Shown: one piece after another, positions 27,394-40,026 of the stretch
How the letters are laid out: every line of letters begins with the position of its first letter
Numbering within the stretch: position 1 is the stretch's first letter
Source of the DNA: Eledone cirrhosa
Taxonomy: Eukaryota
Direction: 5' to 3'
NCBI GenBank assembly: GCA_964016885.1
Contig: OZ024757.1
Span: 4,898,001-4,962,000 of the forward strand
Length of the DNA stretch: 64,000 nucleotides
Translations under genes and position numbers: made by a program
The notes under the pieces: model-generated
What the model was told of the DNA's origin: nothing
The model's input: only the letters and a program-made list of their open reading frames with translations
Databases searched by the model: none

Positions 27394-28082
27394 CAGGAGA
27401 GATGACCCCTTAGCCTTTGTCAAGGCAGAATTCTAGGAGAAGGAAAACTCTGATATAACACCTGCAACCCTGATGGTTTCCAATGATGTTGACTTGTTCT
27501 TCTTTTTGGTAAATATCATCTTGGTTAAGAGAGTGGGACTGGCTTTGTGCAGTGCTTTGCTCACTATAAAAGCTTCATAGCACAGGCATTGCTTTATATC
27601 TGGAGATATCTCTGCACTTGTCGTCACATGGTACCATGGGCCCAGCACTATGTGTCAATAATTGTCACAAGTGTAGTGTTTGTACCAGAGTTTTCAAGTC
27701 GCTGGCTGGACTAAAAAGTCACACTTATTCAGCGCATCAGTAGGGGTTCTCCTACATGTATATAAAGTAGTGGCCGTACTCGAAAACGAGTTGGCAGCCA
27801 CCATATATATATATATAAGTATATCGAACTAGACAAATTGAGTTTGTATGTACGATTCTTTGCTTAAACTTTAATCTGTACATATAATATATATATATAT
27901 ACATATGTGTGTGTATATATGTATATATACGTGTGTTTATGTATGTATATATTTTAGACGGAAAACCTCAATACAACTTGACTGGTAGTTATTTTATCGT
28001 AATAAAGTCGCCCCTGAGTAGAGATATCAAACGACAGTAACAATAAACGTAAAGAATAGTATTATTGATGATAGTAAAAATA

Positions 28083-28385
28083 ATTGTTTCTACCTTTGGC
28101 ACAAGGCCAGCAATTATCCAGTACATTACTGGTACTTTATTTTATCGACCCCGCAAGGATGAAAGGCAAAGTCAACCTCAGCGGGATTTGAACTCAGATC
28201 GAAAAGGGACGTAACTATGCTGGAAAGCATGGCGTCCGACCCTCTACCGATACTGCCAATCCACCGCCTGATAGTAAAACTAATTGTTTCTACGTTAGGC
28301 ACAGGGCCAGCAATTAGCCAGTGTATTACTGGTACTTTATTTTATCGACCCCGTAAGGATGAAAGGAAAAGTCAACCTCGGCCTG
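28083..28385 (-). mobile_element. Meta-like SINE, one full copy plus a tandem partial copy
   Basis: Reverse complement of 34487-34675. Confidence 0.8.
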
Positions 28386-29208
28386 ATAGTAAAAATAATA
28401 ATGATAATAGTTTGTCACGTCATGTTAGATGGAATGGGAAGATTCGGTGAAAAGTGTAAAAAAAACTCCGATCTGTTTTGGGGCAAGTTAAGGACGGAAC
28501 TAAAGAGAAAAGGTGAGACAGAGGGAATTACGATAGAGATATAGAGAGGGGGATGGGAGGAGGGATAGATAGTGGAAGGGGGGGGGTGAGAGATAGAGAG
28601 GTAGACGGTGAGTGAGTAAAGAGATGAAAAAGGCGAGGGAGAGACGGAGAGACAGGGAGGTTGATTGTGAGTAAGTAAGAGATGGAGAAGGCGAGGGAGA
28701 GATAGATATATAGAGAGAGAGGGGAAGCGAGAATGAGAGATAGAGAGAAAAACAGAGTAGACGGTGAGAAAGGGATGAAGAAGGCGAGGGTTGTATAGAG
28801 AGGGGGAGTGGGAATGAGAGAAAGACAGTGAGTGAGAGATGGAGAGGGGGAGAGGTAAAGTGTAAGAGTTAAAGACGGAGAGAGAGATAATGTTATATAT
28901 AGACAGACAGACAGAAATAAAAGTAAAGGAGAGGGTGTAATAGAAAGACAGTGAGACTGTGGGAGTAAGAGAGAGAGAGAGAGGGAGAGAGAGAGGGGGA
29001 GAGACGTGAATGTCAGCTGACAGTCGGGACAAGCGAGAGTTTTGTTTGGTTACTGTTGTAGTAGTTGTTGTTATTGTTGTTATTGTTGCTGTTGACGTTG
29101 TTGTTGTTGTTATGTCGTCGATGTTGTGGTTGTTATTGTTGCTGTAGGAAACAACGGTTAGTGTGTGGTTACGTCATACCGACCACATGTACTGACAGTG
29201 GACATCTC

Positions 29209-30478
29209 CCACACACGTACCCATACACACTTACACACGTACACACTCTCACACACGTACCCATACACACTCACACACGTACACACTCTCACACACGTAC
29301 CCATACACACTCACACACGTACACATACAGACTCACACACGTACACACTCTCACACACGTACCCATACACACGTACACACTCTCACACACGTACCCATAC
29401 ACACTCACACACGTACACACTCTCACACACGTACCCATACACACTCACACACGTACACACTCTCACACACGTACCCATACACACTCACACACGTACACAC
29501 TCTCACACACGTACCCATACACACTCACACACGTACACACTCTCACACACGTACCCATACACACACATACACCCACTCTCACACACGTACCCATACACAC
29601 TCACACACGTACACACTCTCACACACGTTCACACTCTCACACACGTACCCATACACACTCACACACGTACACACTCTCACACACGTACCCATACACACTC
29701 ACACACGTACACATACACACTCACACACGTACACACTCTCACACACGTACCCATACACACTCACACACGTACACACTCTCACACACGTACCCATACACAC
29801 TCACACACGTACACACTCTCACACACGTACCCATACACACTCACACACGTACACACTCTCACACACGTACCCATACACACTCACACACGTACACACTCTC
29901 ACACACGTACCCATACACACACATACACCCACTCTCACACACGTACCCATACACACTCACACACGTACACACTCTCACACACGTACCCATACACACACAT
30001 ACACCCACTCTCACACACGTACCCATACACACTCACACACGTACACACTCTCACACACGTACCCATACACACTCACACACGTTCACACGTACCCATACAC
30101 ACTCACACACGTACACACTCTCACACACGTACCCATACACACACACTCACGTACACACTCTTACACACATACCCATACACACTCACACACGTACACACTC
30201 TCACACACGTACCCATACACATTCACACGTACCCATACACACTCTCACACGTACCCATACACACTCACACACGTACCCATACACACTCACACACGTACCC
30301 ATACACACTCAAACACGTACCCATACACACACACTCACGTACACACTCTCACACACGTACCCATACACACTCACACACGTACCCATACACACTCACACAC
30401 GTACCCATACACACACACTCACGTACACACTCTCACACACGTACCCATACACACTCACACACTCACGCACACACACAT
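29209..30478. repeat. CA-rich ~40-bp minisatellite
   Basis: Unit acacacgtacccatacacactcacacacgtacacactctc. Confidence 0.95.
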
Positions 30479-31262
30479 ATTTCATTGTACCAACTCTATA
30501 TTACATACACATACATACACTGTCTCTCACTCTCATACATACTTTCTTCTATACACACACACATATATATACAAATACACACAAATAAATACAAATATAT
30601 ATATATATACATACACACACATACACTGTCTCTCACTCTCATACATACTTTCTTCTATACACACACACACACACATACACACAAATAAATACAAATATAT
30701 ATATATATATACATACACATACATACACTGTCTCTCACTCTCATACATACTTTCTTCTATACACACACATATATATATACAAATACACACAAATAAATAC
30801 AAATATATATATATATACATACACACACATACACTGTCTCACATACTTTCTTGTATATATACATATGTATAAATGAATGTATAACACACACTGTCTCTCA
30901 TATATACTTTCTCGTGTATATACATACATATATATATATACACACAACTGTAACTACGCTAAATTTCACACACAACAAATACACTTTTACACACACATAC
31001 ACATTGTCCCAAACACTTTCTTACACACACACATACACAGACCCACTTATATATAAATATGTGTGTATGTGTGTGTGAGAGACAATCATTGTATCCATGC
31101 TACTTCTCACACAAACAAATGCATTGACACACACACACTTACACATAATAGTGTCCACGATATATCTTACACATAAGCACACAGAAAAACAATCTTACAC
31201 AAAGAAAGAAAGAACACTGTCTGTCTCTCTTTCTCGATGTTTACCCCCCCCCCATATAAACT

Positions 31263-31321
<59 letters not shown>

Positions 31322-31350
31322 CAACAAAAGATGGTTAAAAGAGTTCCATG

Positions 31351-31421
31351 TATTTTATTATGTGCATTTCAAAAACAAATATCATCATGCAATAATATTT
31401 GTGTTTTCATCAGATAAAACA
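31351..31421 (-). ncRNA. Type I hammerhead ribozyme (left arm of element A)
   Basis: UGUUUUAU-CUGAUGA-[long stem II]-GAAA-UGCACA-UA-AUAAAAUA on the minus strand. Confidence 0.7.
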
Positions 31422-31559
31422 GGAGGACATGATATGAAGGTTAAAAAACACTTGTGGATAGTGCAGTTTTAAATCAACATGATATGTTGATTTAAAACAT
31501 ATGCTGAATTAAAACTGAACTATCCACAAGTGTTTTTTAACCTTCATATCATGTCCTCC

Positions 31560-31630
31560 TGTTTTATCTGATGAAAACACAAATATTATTGCATGGTGAT
31601 ATTTGTTTTTGAAATGCGCATAATAATATA
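31560..31630 (+). ncRNA. Type I hammerhead ribozyme (right arm of element A)
   Basis: UGUUUUAU, CUGAUGA (31568-74), stem II AAAC-ACAAAUAUUAUU/GGUGAUAUUUGU-UUUU, GAAA (31611-14), palindromic AUGCGCAU stem III; predicted cut after A31622. Confidence 0.72.
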
Positions 31631-31910
31631 CATGGAACTCTTTTAACCATCTTTTGTTCTTATATATTATGTATACTCCAGTCCTACAAACTGTAGAGTG
31701 CTTCTTATCCGATATCTGCATTGCTTTATTGTACTACAATAAAACTCACCTCCTACATATATATATATATATATATATATGCAAAAGTTTTATTTAAATT
31801 GTTGGGATACAACAAGCAAATATTTTTATAACTGATATAAAGCACTCGACAAATATTTGGAGTAGATATACGATATTAATAAATGGAAACTATATTTATA
31901 AAACCATATT

Positions 31911-31975
31911 TATTTCATTATATATATTTCAAGGATACCAAGTTAAATCTTGGTATGCCTTCATCAGACAAAATA
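31911..31975 (-). ncRNA. Type I hammerhead ribozyme in a pLTR-like fragment (31782-32040)
   Basis: UAUUUUGU-CUGAUGA-AGGC AUACCAAG/CUUGGUAU CCUU-GAAA-UAUAUA-UA-AUGAAAUA. Host fragment is related to 43280-43618. Confidence 0.62.
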
Positions 31976-32496
31976 CAATATATAACAGCTTTATAAATAG
32001 ACATTGACGTACCCCTTTTAAAAAATTGACCGTTGCTTTTGGAGGCCATCAGGATAGTTTACTTTAGTAAGTCATAGTGTTAAGAGTAAGTAAAAAGATG
32101 GAGAGAGAGAGAAACGTGGAGAAAAGAAAGGGAGAGATAGATAAAGAAAAAGAAGAAAGCAAAAAAGAAAAGAGAAAAGAGGAAAAATAACGGGGAGATA
32201 TCAAACCATCAGACAGAGAAAGAACTCAAGAGAGAGATATATAGAGATAGAGAGAGGGGGGAGAGAACGAAAACCTTAAGTTATGTCATATTAAGTTGAG
32301 TTAACAATTGAGATGAAAAGCATAAATAAAATTAGAAATATTAATATTCATGAATGGAATATAGATATATAACATGAGAAATTACACATTGTTTAATTAT
32401 GATTAGATATTTAGTTTAAAATTGAGATTAATATATTAAAAATTGGAATTTAAACATTATAAAATATATATATTGCTAGAGAGATTATCTATCGCA

Positions 32497-34467
32497 TCTA
32501 TATATATAAAACAGAGGATGTGTGTTTGTCTGTGTGTGTGTAGATGCTACATTATTCGAGGTTGGCGTCTACACCGCTCGCCCGATCTCGCTAAAATTTG
32601 CATACATCACTCCTCATGACCCTTTACATTGCTTAGGCTACTTTGTTTTTTGATAGGTCCCCCCAGGGGCCAGCAATCCACCTTTTTGTCTATTTTGGGT
32701 GAAATCGGGAGATGAGGTTGCATTTTATGCACGCGTGAAAAATTCTTCCTTTTGAGTTTTTTGACCCAGTTTTTTGCTAATATGGGTAGAAAAGAGTCTA
32801 AATTATTTTGACGTGCTCGAATCATTTCGAAATTTGGTCGAGAGTGAAGCTCGAGGTCGAATCTCCTCTTCGTATATAGAGAGACAGGAATAACAGGTCT
32901 TATAGTAACATTACCTTCCCCTTACCCCTTCTTTAGAGAGAGAAGTTTTGGGTGTCACAGAAATATTACATTCCTCTCTCCACTTTAGTCAGTGAGCGAA
33001 CCACTGTTGCTATAGTAACATTACCTTCCCCCTCCCCCTTCTTTATTGAGCGAGGAATATAGAGAGAGACGTTGTTGGTGTTACAGTAACATTACCTTCC
33101 CCTCTCCACTTACTTTGGTCTTTGAGACCGAGGGAACCACTGTTGCTATAGTTACAGCTTCACGTGACACAAACCAGTTGCTGCCAGTTCTGACCACCTG
33201 GCACCAGTTGAGTCAGTTTTTGCTTTCTTTCGGTCGAGAAGTGGACAAATTTTCGCCTTGAATAAAAAAAAAAATGTCCTGTACGGCTGGAGGTGGCAGC
33301 TTTTATTCTGTTTTGGCAAGACTGCTATCAAAAAATTCTGCAGACTCTTATCGTTGATTTGAGTGGCCTGCAAAGCTTTGGTTTTCAAACGCTACACTTG
33401 CTACTTGGTTAGGCTACTGTGTAGACGTGTGCTTCACTCTCACTGCATTACATTTTGTGACCTCGCTTTCGGACTTTGCCATTCCCAGTACGTTTTTTGT
33501 TTACTTTTTTCTTGCTTAAAATTGTAACAATTTGTCACTTTTTTTTACCTTCCCCAAAATACTGCTTATCACCTTCGCTGTTTTGCCTTTGCTCTAAACC
33601 TGCTTCCCCTTTACTGTTTACTGTACTATTGCAACCATGCCACTGAAAAGAAAGAGTACCCTTAGCCGTAGGAAAACATCGTCTGTTGTTTCAAAAAAGG
33701 CGATTGAATGAGCAGTCTACGGATGCCAGACTGCATTTTTGGCCACAAACCCCTGTTACATCGCTTTCAAACTTAAGTACCCCTAGCACAGCCCAACCCA
33801 GCGCCTCTCTATCTATGGTTACCGCTTCGAATCGTGCCATTCGTAATTGTCGGAATACAGTTGCAACAGCCGCCTCTAGGGCAGCAGAGAGTGACAGCCA
33901 AAGAGCTCTTCGTAGGGCGAGGAATGCTGCAACTACTGCTGCTGCAAGGGCCTCGGAAACTAAACAGCAAACAGCCACCAGACGGTCAAAGAACGCTGCT
34001 TCAACCGCCGCCTCCCGTGCGGCAGAAACCGACCAGGAGACAGCCATCCGAAGGTCCAAGGCTCCGCCTCCAAGGCAGCTGCCAGAGCATCCCAGACCGA
34101 GATACAGACAGCCATCCGAAGGTCCAAGGACTCCGCCTCCACCGCAGCTGCCAGAGCATCCCAGACCGAGATACAGACAGCCATCCTCAGGTCCAAGGAC
34201 TCCGCCTCCCCTGCAGCTGCCAGAGCATCCCAGACCGAGATACAGACAGCCATCCGAAGGTCCCAGAACGCTGTATCCACCGCCGCCTCCCGTGCCGCAG
34301 AACATCAAACAGCCCGCCGTGCTCGGTTGGTCACAATTCTATTATCATTACAACTTTGACATATTTTATGTAAAGTGAATATGAGAAAAAAAAATTCTTC
34401 ATATTTATTGTTTCCTAATCTGAATAAAAACAGCAGTAACCCGGGCAACGCCGGGTCATTCAGCTAG
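32497..34467 (+). mobile_element. Non-autonomous Helitron with remnant of the Rep/Hel N-terminus
   Basis: A|TC-TATATATATAAA 5' end; subterminal hairpin ACCCGG-gcaacg-CCGGGT (34439-34456) then CTAG|T. Broken ORF from ATG 33637 (MPLKRKS...) with 23-aa repeats (ETxxQxAxRRSKNAAxTAASRAA). Confidence 0.88.
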
Positions 34468-34486
34468 TATATTATATATATATATA

Positions 34487-34675
34487 GGGCGGTGGATTGG
34501 CAGTATCGGTAGAGAGTCGGACACCATGCTTTGAAGCATAGAGTTACGTCCCTTTATGATCTGAGTTCAAATCCTGCCGAGGTTAACTTTGCCTTTCATC
34601 CTTACGGGGTCGATAAAATAAAGTACCAGTAATGTACTGGCAATTGCTGGCCTTGTGCCTAAAATAGAAACAATT
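34487..34675 (+). mobile_element. tRNA-derived SINE with Meta-like domain, full length
   Basis: ggcggtggattggcagtatcggtagag (A box), gagttcaaatcc (B box), gcctttcatccttacggggtcgataaaataaagtaccagt. Confidence 0.8.
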
Positions 34676-34679
34676 ATAT

Positions 34680-35250
34680 ATATATACGCACATATATTAA
34701 TATATATTTGTGTGTGTGTATATATATATTTATATATAAACGCACACACACGTATTTGTGTGTGTGTATATATACATATACACACACACACTCATGTACA
34801 TATATATATATATATATGTGTGTGTGTGCATGAGTCCTTCTTTCTGGTGTTTCCTATAGTGTTGTTAGCTGACTTTTGGCTGCTATTTCTCAAGTGTCTA
34901 TTAATATATGCTAGAAATAGCAGTCAAATGCCAGTTAACAAGACCAAATAAGAAGGTTTACATAAACTGCAGACCTGCAAAATTTGTAACTCAATTTCCG
35001 GCTTTAAGTAAGACAAGAGTTATCTTTCTTGCCAAATATTCTCCGTTTGTTGACATAAAAAAATCTATTATTTAAAAAGTTGAGACTGAATTTTAGCTAA
35101 CTTTTTCATCTTGTCCACTTCCGGTGTTAATTTTCGCTCTAGAAATAGCAGCCAAGGCAACATATATAGATATATATAATCCTAATCATAAAGTGCTTTA
35201 CTATATAAATATATATATATGAATGTGTGTATACGTGTGTATGCATGAGA

Positions 35251-35294
<44 letters not shown>

Positions 35295-35400
35295 GTATCA
35301 TCATCATCATCATTTTACGTCCGCTTTTCCCTGCTTGAAAGGGTGGGACGGGAACTTGATTTCTACAGTTGAATGCCCTTCCTAACACCAACCTCCTACA
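34680..35400 (+). repeat. Local duplication block (direct copy at 38680-39380, inverted copy at 37660-38100)
   Basis: Shared ~400-bp core gtccttctttctggtgtttcc...tagaaatagcagccaagg...aaagtgctttactata. Confidence 0.9.
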
Positions 35401-35822
35401 TATATATATATGTATATATATATATACGTTATATGTATATATGTATATATATACATATTTATATATGTTATATGTATATATATATATGTGTGTGTACACA
35501 TATTTGTATGTATGTGTATATATATGTGTATATATTTGTATATATGTATGTGTGTATGTACCATTAAGTATGTTTGTTGTGTGTGTGTACGTGTGTAAGT
35601 GGGCGAGTGTGAATGTGTTTCTCGACACCTGGAATATATATTAAGAATATATATCAATAGGGGGGGGGGGCTCACCCCAACATTTGAATCTGTTGATGGA
35701 ACCCTTTCTGCCTTTGTCACCCTTATTTCAGCCTTAAAGAATTAGCTTCTAAAGAATTTCCCTTTTCTTTAAACCATTGAACCCCACCCACCCTGTAGAC
35801 ACCAGTCTTACAGCCATTGTTA

Positions 35823-35884
<62 letters not shown>

Positions 35885-35886
<2 letters not shown>

Positions 35887-36078
35887 GAGGAGGTTATAGT
35901 TCACTTGAAGCATTGTGTAATGAGGTATAAACGTTTGAATATGTGTAATAAGGCCAAGACAATGCAGGTATGGACATAGAAAAAAGAATGCAATAGTGAA
36001 AGATATTGATGTGAATTCGTCTTTCACCTTGAATTTAAATAAATTCAAGGTGAAAGACGAATTCACATCAATATCTTT

Positions 36079-36080
<2 letters not shown>
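35885..36080. repeat. Island in (TA)n ending in an 80-bp perfect hairpin (35999-36078)
   Basis: aaagatattgatgtgaattcgtctttcaccttgaattta-aa-taaattcaaggtgaaagacgaattcacatcaatatcttt. Confidence 0.85.
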
Positions 36081-36162
<82 letters not shown>

Positions 36163-36305
36163 ATTAAAATACTGGAGCGTGTTGGATTTAAACACCCTCT
36201 TCGTATTATAGAAATGACAGTAAAAGGTATAGCTCAATGTAATTAAACAGAGCCGAAGAATTATGAAAATAAAACAAAGAAGCCTTCAATACATCAAAAG
36301 TCTTT

Positions 36306-36350
36306 ATTAGCCAACAATGTTTCGTCCTATTAAGGACTCATCAGGGCAAT
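36306..36350 (-). ncRNA. Minimal type I hammerhead ribozyme with canonical core
   Basis: AUUGCC-CUGAUGA-GUCCU uaau AGGAC-GAAA-C auu G-UU-GGC(U)AAU; predicted GUU cut between 36313 and 36312. Lies in a TA-flanked island (36159-36520). Confidence 0.75.
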
Positions 36351-36518
36351 TAAAACTACAAGAAGCACTATCGGCCAATACAAGCCGAAAACTCCGAAGA
36401 ATATGGAGTGTACATACACTAAAGTATTGCAAGATTATGGGTAAAAATATATAATAAAAATCACTAAGGAGGTGTATAACATTTTGTACAATATTACAAA
36501 TATAGTCCAAAGCATATA

Positions 36519-36554
<36 letters not shown>

Positions 36555-36564
36555 ACATATAATA

Positions 36565-36895
36565 TCATCATCATCATCATCATCATTTCACGTCCGCTTT
36601 TACCCTGCTTGCAAGGGTGGGACGGGAACTGATTCTGGTTTGATTTCTACAGCTGGATGCCCTTCCTAACACCAACCTCATTTACAGTGAGTGCTGGGTG
36701 CTTTTTTGCGGTGGCACCTCCACGACCACTTTACAGTGGAATGATATGGACCCCAGTCCCTATCGTCTCATTTCTACAGCTGAGTAAACTGGAGCAATGT
36801 GAAATAAAGTGTCTTGCTCAAGGAAACAACACATCACCAGGTCTGAGAATTGAACTCACAACCTTTCGATTGCAAGGCCAACGCTCTAACCACTA
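36565..36895 (-). mobile_element. tRNA/CORE-type SINE with RTE tail
   Basis: Reverse complement of 59440-59771; its 5' end abuts the 310-bp array. Confidence 0.88.
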
Positions 36896-37113
36896 ATTGT
36901 AATACGTGACGTATTCTATTCTATAGCGATTAGGTCTTCAAAATGTTTATTATAAACATACAGAATATTTTCGAATATTCTATGTCTATATTCACATATA
37001 TATCGCTATTTCAGAGCATTTATTCCAATTTCTAATTTCTGCCGGACCGGCAACCGCTCTTTCAAACCAGTTCCTGTACACAGCTAAGTATTCTATAAGT
37101 CTCTAGCTGTGTC

Positions 37114-37202
37114 ATTCTCGATAAAAGCACTGGATATGTAGTCCTGATGATTTCTAACAAGAATGAAACGCGTAGATTACTTCCCTTGCTTTTATCGAGA
37201 AT
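37114..37202 (+). ncRNA. Type I hammerhead ribozyme, array unit 1
   Basis: Stem Ib AUUCUCGAUAAAAGCA/UGCUUUUAUCGAGAAU, internal loop, stem Ia GUAGUC/GAUUAC, CUGAUGA (37144-50), stem II UUCU-aaca-AGAA, GAAA (37165-68), palindromic ACGCGU; predicted GUA cut after 37174. Confidence 0.82.
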
Positions 37203-37423
37203 CTAATTGTAATACGTGACGTATTCTATTCTATAGCGATTAGGTCTTCAAAATGTTTATTATAAACATACAGAATATTTTCGAATATTCTATGTCTATA
37301 TTCACATATATATCGCTATTTCAGAGCATTTATTCCAATTTCTAATTTCTGCCGGACCGGCAACCGCTCTTTCAAACCAGTTCCTGTACACAGCTAAGTA
37401 TTCTATAAGTCTCTAGCTGTGTC

Positions 37424-37512
37424 ATTCTCGATAAAAGCACTGGATATGTAGTCCTGATGATTTCTAACAAGAATGAAACGCGTAGATTACTTCCCTTGCT
37501 TTTATCGAGAAT
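37424..37512 (+). ncRNA. Type I hammerhead ribozyme, array unit 2
   Basis: Same as 37114-37202 shifted by 310; predicted cut after 37484. Confidence 0.82.
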
Positions 37513-37602
37513 CTAATTGTAATACGTGACGTATTCTATTCTATAGCGATTAGGTCTTCAAAATGTTTATTATAAACATACAGAATATTTTCGAATATTC
37601 TA

Positions 37603-37649
<47 letters not shown>

Positions 37650-37659
37650 ACACACACTC

Positions 37660-38385
37660 TCATGCATACACACGTATACACACATTCATATATATATATT
37701 TATATAGTGAAGCACTTTACTATTAGGATTATATATATCTATATATGTTGCCTTGGCTGCTATTACTAGCGCTAAAATTAAAACCGGAAGTGGACAAGAT
37801 GAAAAAGTTACCTAAAATTCAGTCTCAACTTTTTAAACAATAGATTTTTTTATGTCAACAAACGGAGAATAGTTGGCAAGAAAGATAACTCTTGTCTTAC
37901 TTAAAGCCGGAAATTGAGTTACAAATTTTGCGGGTCTGCAGTTTATATAAACCTTCTTATTTGGTCTTGTTAACTGGCATTTGACTGCTATTTCTAGCAT
38001 ATATTAATAGACACTTGAGAAATAGCAGCCAAAAGTCAACTAACAACACTATAGGAAACACCAGAAAGAAGGACCCATGCACACACACACATATATATAA
38101 ATGTACCTGAGTGTGTGTATATATACACACACAGACATGTATATATATGTGTATGTATATATATATATATATATACAGTATATGTGTGTATATATATGTA
38201 TATGTGTGTGTGAATATTTATATACAACCCCCCCCCCCCCACACGCACACATATATATATATATATGAAGTATTTCCGTCGTAAAGGTACAGGAACAAAG
38301 AGTGCTCTATGTAGGCTACAGTAATAAGCTCTGTAGCCTACATAGAGCACTCTTTGTTCCTGTACCTTTACGACGGAAATACTTC

Positions 38386-38416
<31 letters not shown>

Positions 38417-38578
38417 AGTGGGTGGGTTGTATATAAATATTCACACACACATATACATAGATATACATATACATATATATCATATACACACATATACTGT
38501 ATATATATATATATACATATACATATACATACATATATATGTATATGTATATACATATATATATATACATATATATGC

Positions 38579-38613
<35 letters not shown>

Positions 38614-39219
38614 TATGTATGTATGAATACGTACACATACACATATATACACACACATGCATACATACATATATTATATATATATATACGCACATATATT
38701 AATATATTTGTGCGTGTGTGTGTATATATATATATATAAACGCACACACAGATGTCTGTGTGCGTTTATATATATATATACACACACACACTCATGTACA
38801 TTTATATATATGTGTGTGTGTGTGTACATGGGTCCTTCTTTCTGGTGTTTCCTATAGTGTTGTTAGCTGACTTTTGGCTGCTATTTCTAAAGTGTCTATT
38901 AATATATGCTAGAAACAGCAGTCAAATGCCAGTTAACAGACCAAATAAGAAGGTTTATATAAACTGCAGACCCGCAAAATTTGTAACTCAATTTCCGGCT
39001 TTAAGTAAGACAAGAGTTATCTTTCTTGCCAAATATTCTCCGTTTGTTGACATAAAAAAATCTATTATTTAAAAAGTTGAGACTGAATTTTAGGTAACCT
39101 TTTCAGCTTGTCCACTTCCGGTTTTAATTTTCGCTCTAGAAATAGCAGCCAAGGCAATATATATAGATATATATATAATCCTAATAGTAAAGTGCTTTAC
39201 TATATAAATATATATATGA

Positions 39220-39230
<11 letters not shown>
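37660..39230. repeat. ~1.6-kb imperfect palindrome centred on a 121-bp hairpin (38266-38386)
   Basis: 37690-38085 is the reverse complement of 38828-39225; inner microsatellite landmarks are also mirrored (38203-38230 vs 38420-38450). Confidence 0.88.
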
Positions 39231-39261
<31 letters not shown>

Positions 39262-40026
39262 CATCATCATCATCATCATCATCATTTTAGGTCTGCTTTT
39301 CCCTGCTTGCAAGAGTGGGACGGGAACTGATTCTGGCTTGATTTCTACAGCTGGATGCCCTTCCTAACACCAACCTCCTACATACATATATATATAGATA
39401 TATATATATAACCTGTTAATAATTCTATTGACAGATTAATTGCATAAGTTTATGTTTAAAAACTACCCGGTTGAGTGCTTATTTGATTTGTGCTATCTAA
39501 TTTTTTGTATGATAAACACATACTGAATTCCTTTGCCAAAATATGGGGAATTTCCCCTTGTGACTTACGCATGTGCCTTTACTATGTTCGGTGTCACTCG
39601 CAAAGTTGGTTACAGAGCAGAATTACCTGTTGATAACGGGATATTCCTTGTTCCATATTTATGCTGAAAGCTTATAGTTTTAAGCAGACAGTATTATTGA
39701 ATTAGGTGTCATAGAAACCCTGCATTTGGATTTTACCACCAGTTCCATTTGGGTCCAGCTTTTTATCATTTATTTTGTTTGACCTGTTTAGCTTGATCTG
39801 TTTTATGGCTTAGGTGGTTAATGCCTTCTCGACCACTTTTTCAGTTTGTATGGCGTTTTAACATATTTGTTTAGCTATGTTTTTTTAAACTATTGAGCGC
39901 TTGCCAGCATTTCTATGATTTTGCGTTTCGTTTCGCTTTTTCTACCAGCCGAAATACGATTCTCGCTGAAATTATATTTATATATGTATTTTTATATATA
40001 TGTTATATGTATATATATATATATTA

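Larger units (their letters stand above)
31323..31757. mobile_element. Twin-hammerhead fold-back element in (TA)n (Penelope pLTR-like), element A
   Basis: Inverted arms 31323-31472 and 31508-31658, each with an HHR; unique right extension with GAGTGC; (TA)n on both sides. Confidence 0.75.
36893..37611 (+). mobile_element. 310-bp tandem array (2.3 copies) with one hammerhead per unit; non-LTR retrozyme-like
   Basis: Unit starts at 36893, 37203 and 37513; no differences between copies seen by eye; no coding capacity. Confidence 0.85.

Noticed and set aside
29065-30688. 507-aa His/Thr-rich ORFs
   Set aside because: CA-rich minisatellite translation.
39410-39975. Possible Penelope GIY-YIG/RT remnant in a TA-flanked island containing GAGTGC
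   Set aside because: No recognisable protein motif or hammerhead core found by eye; left unassigned.
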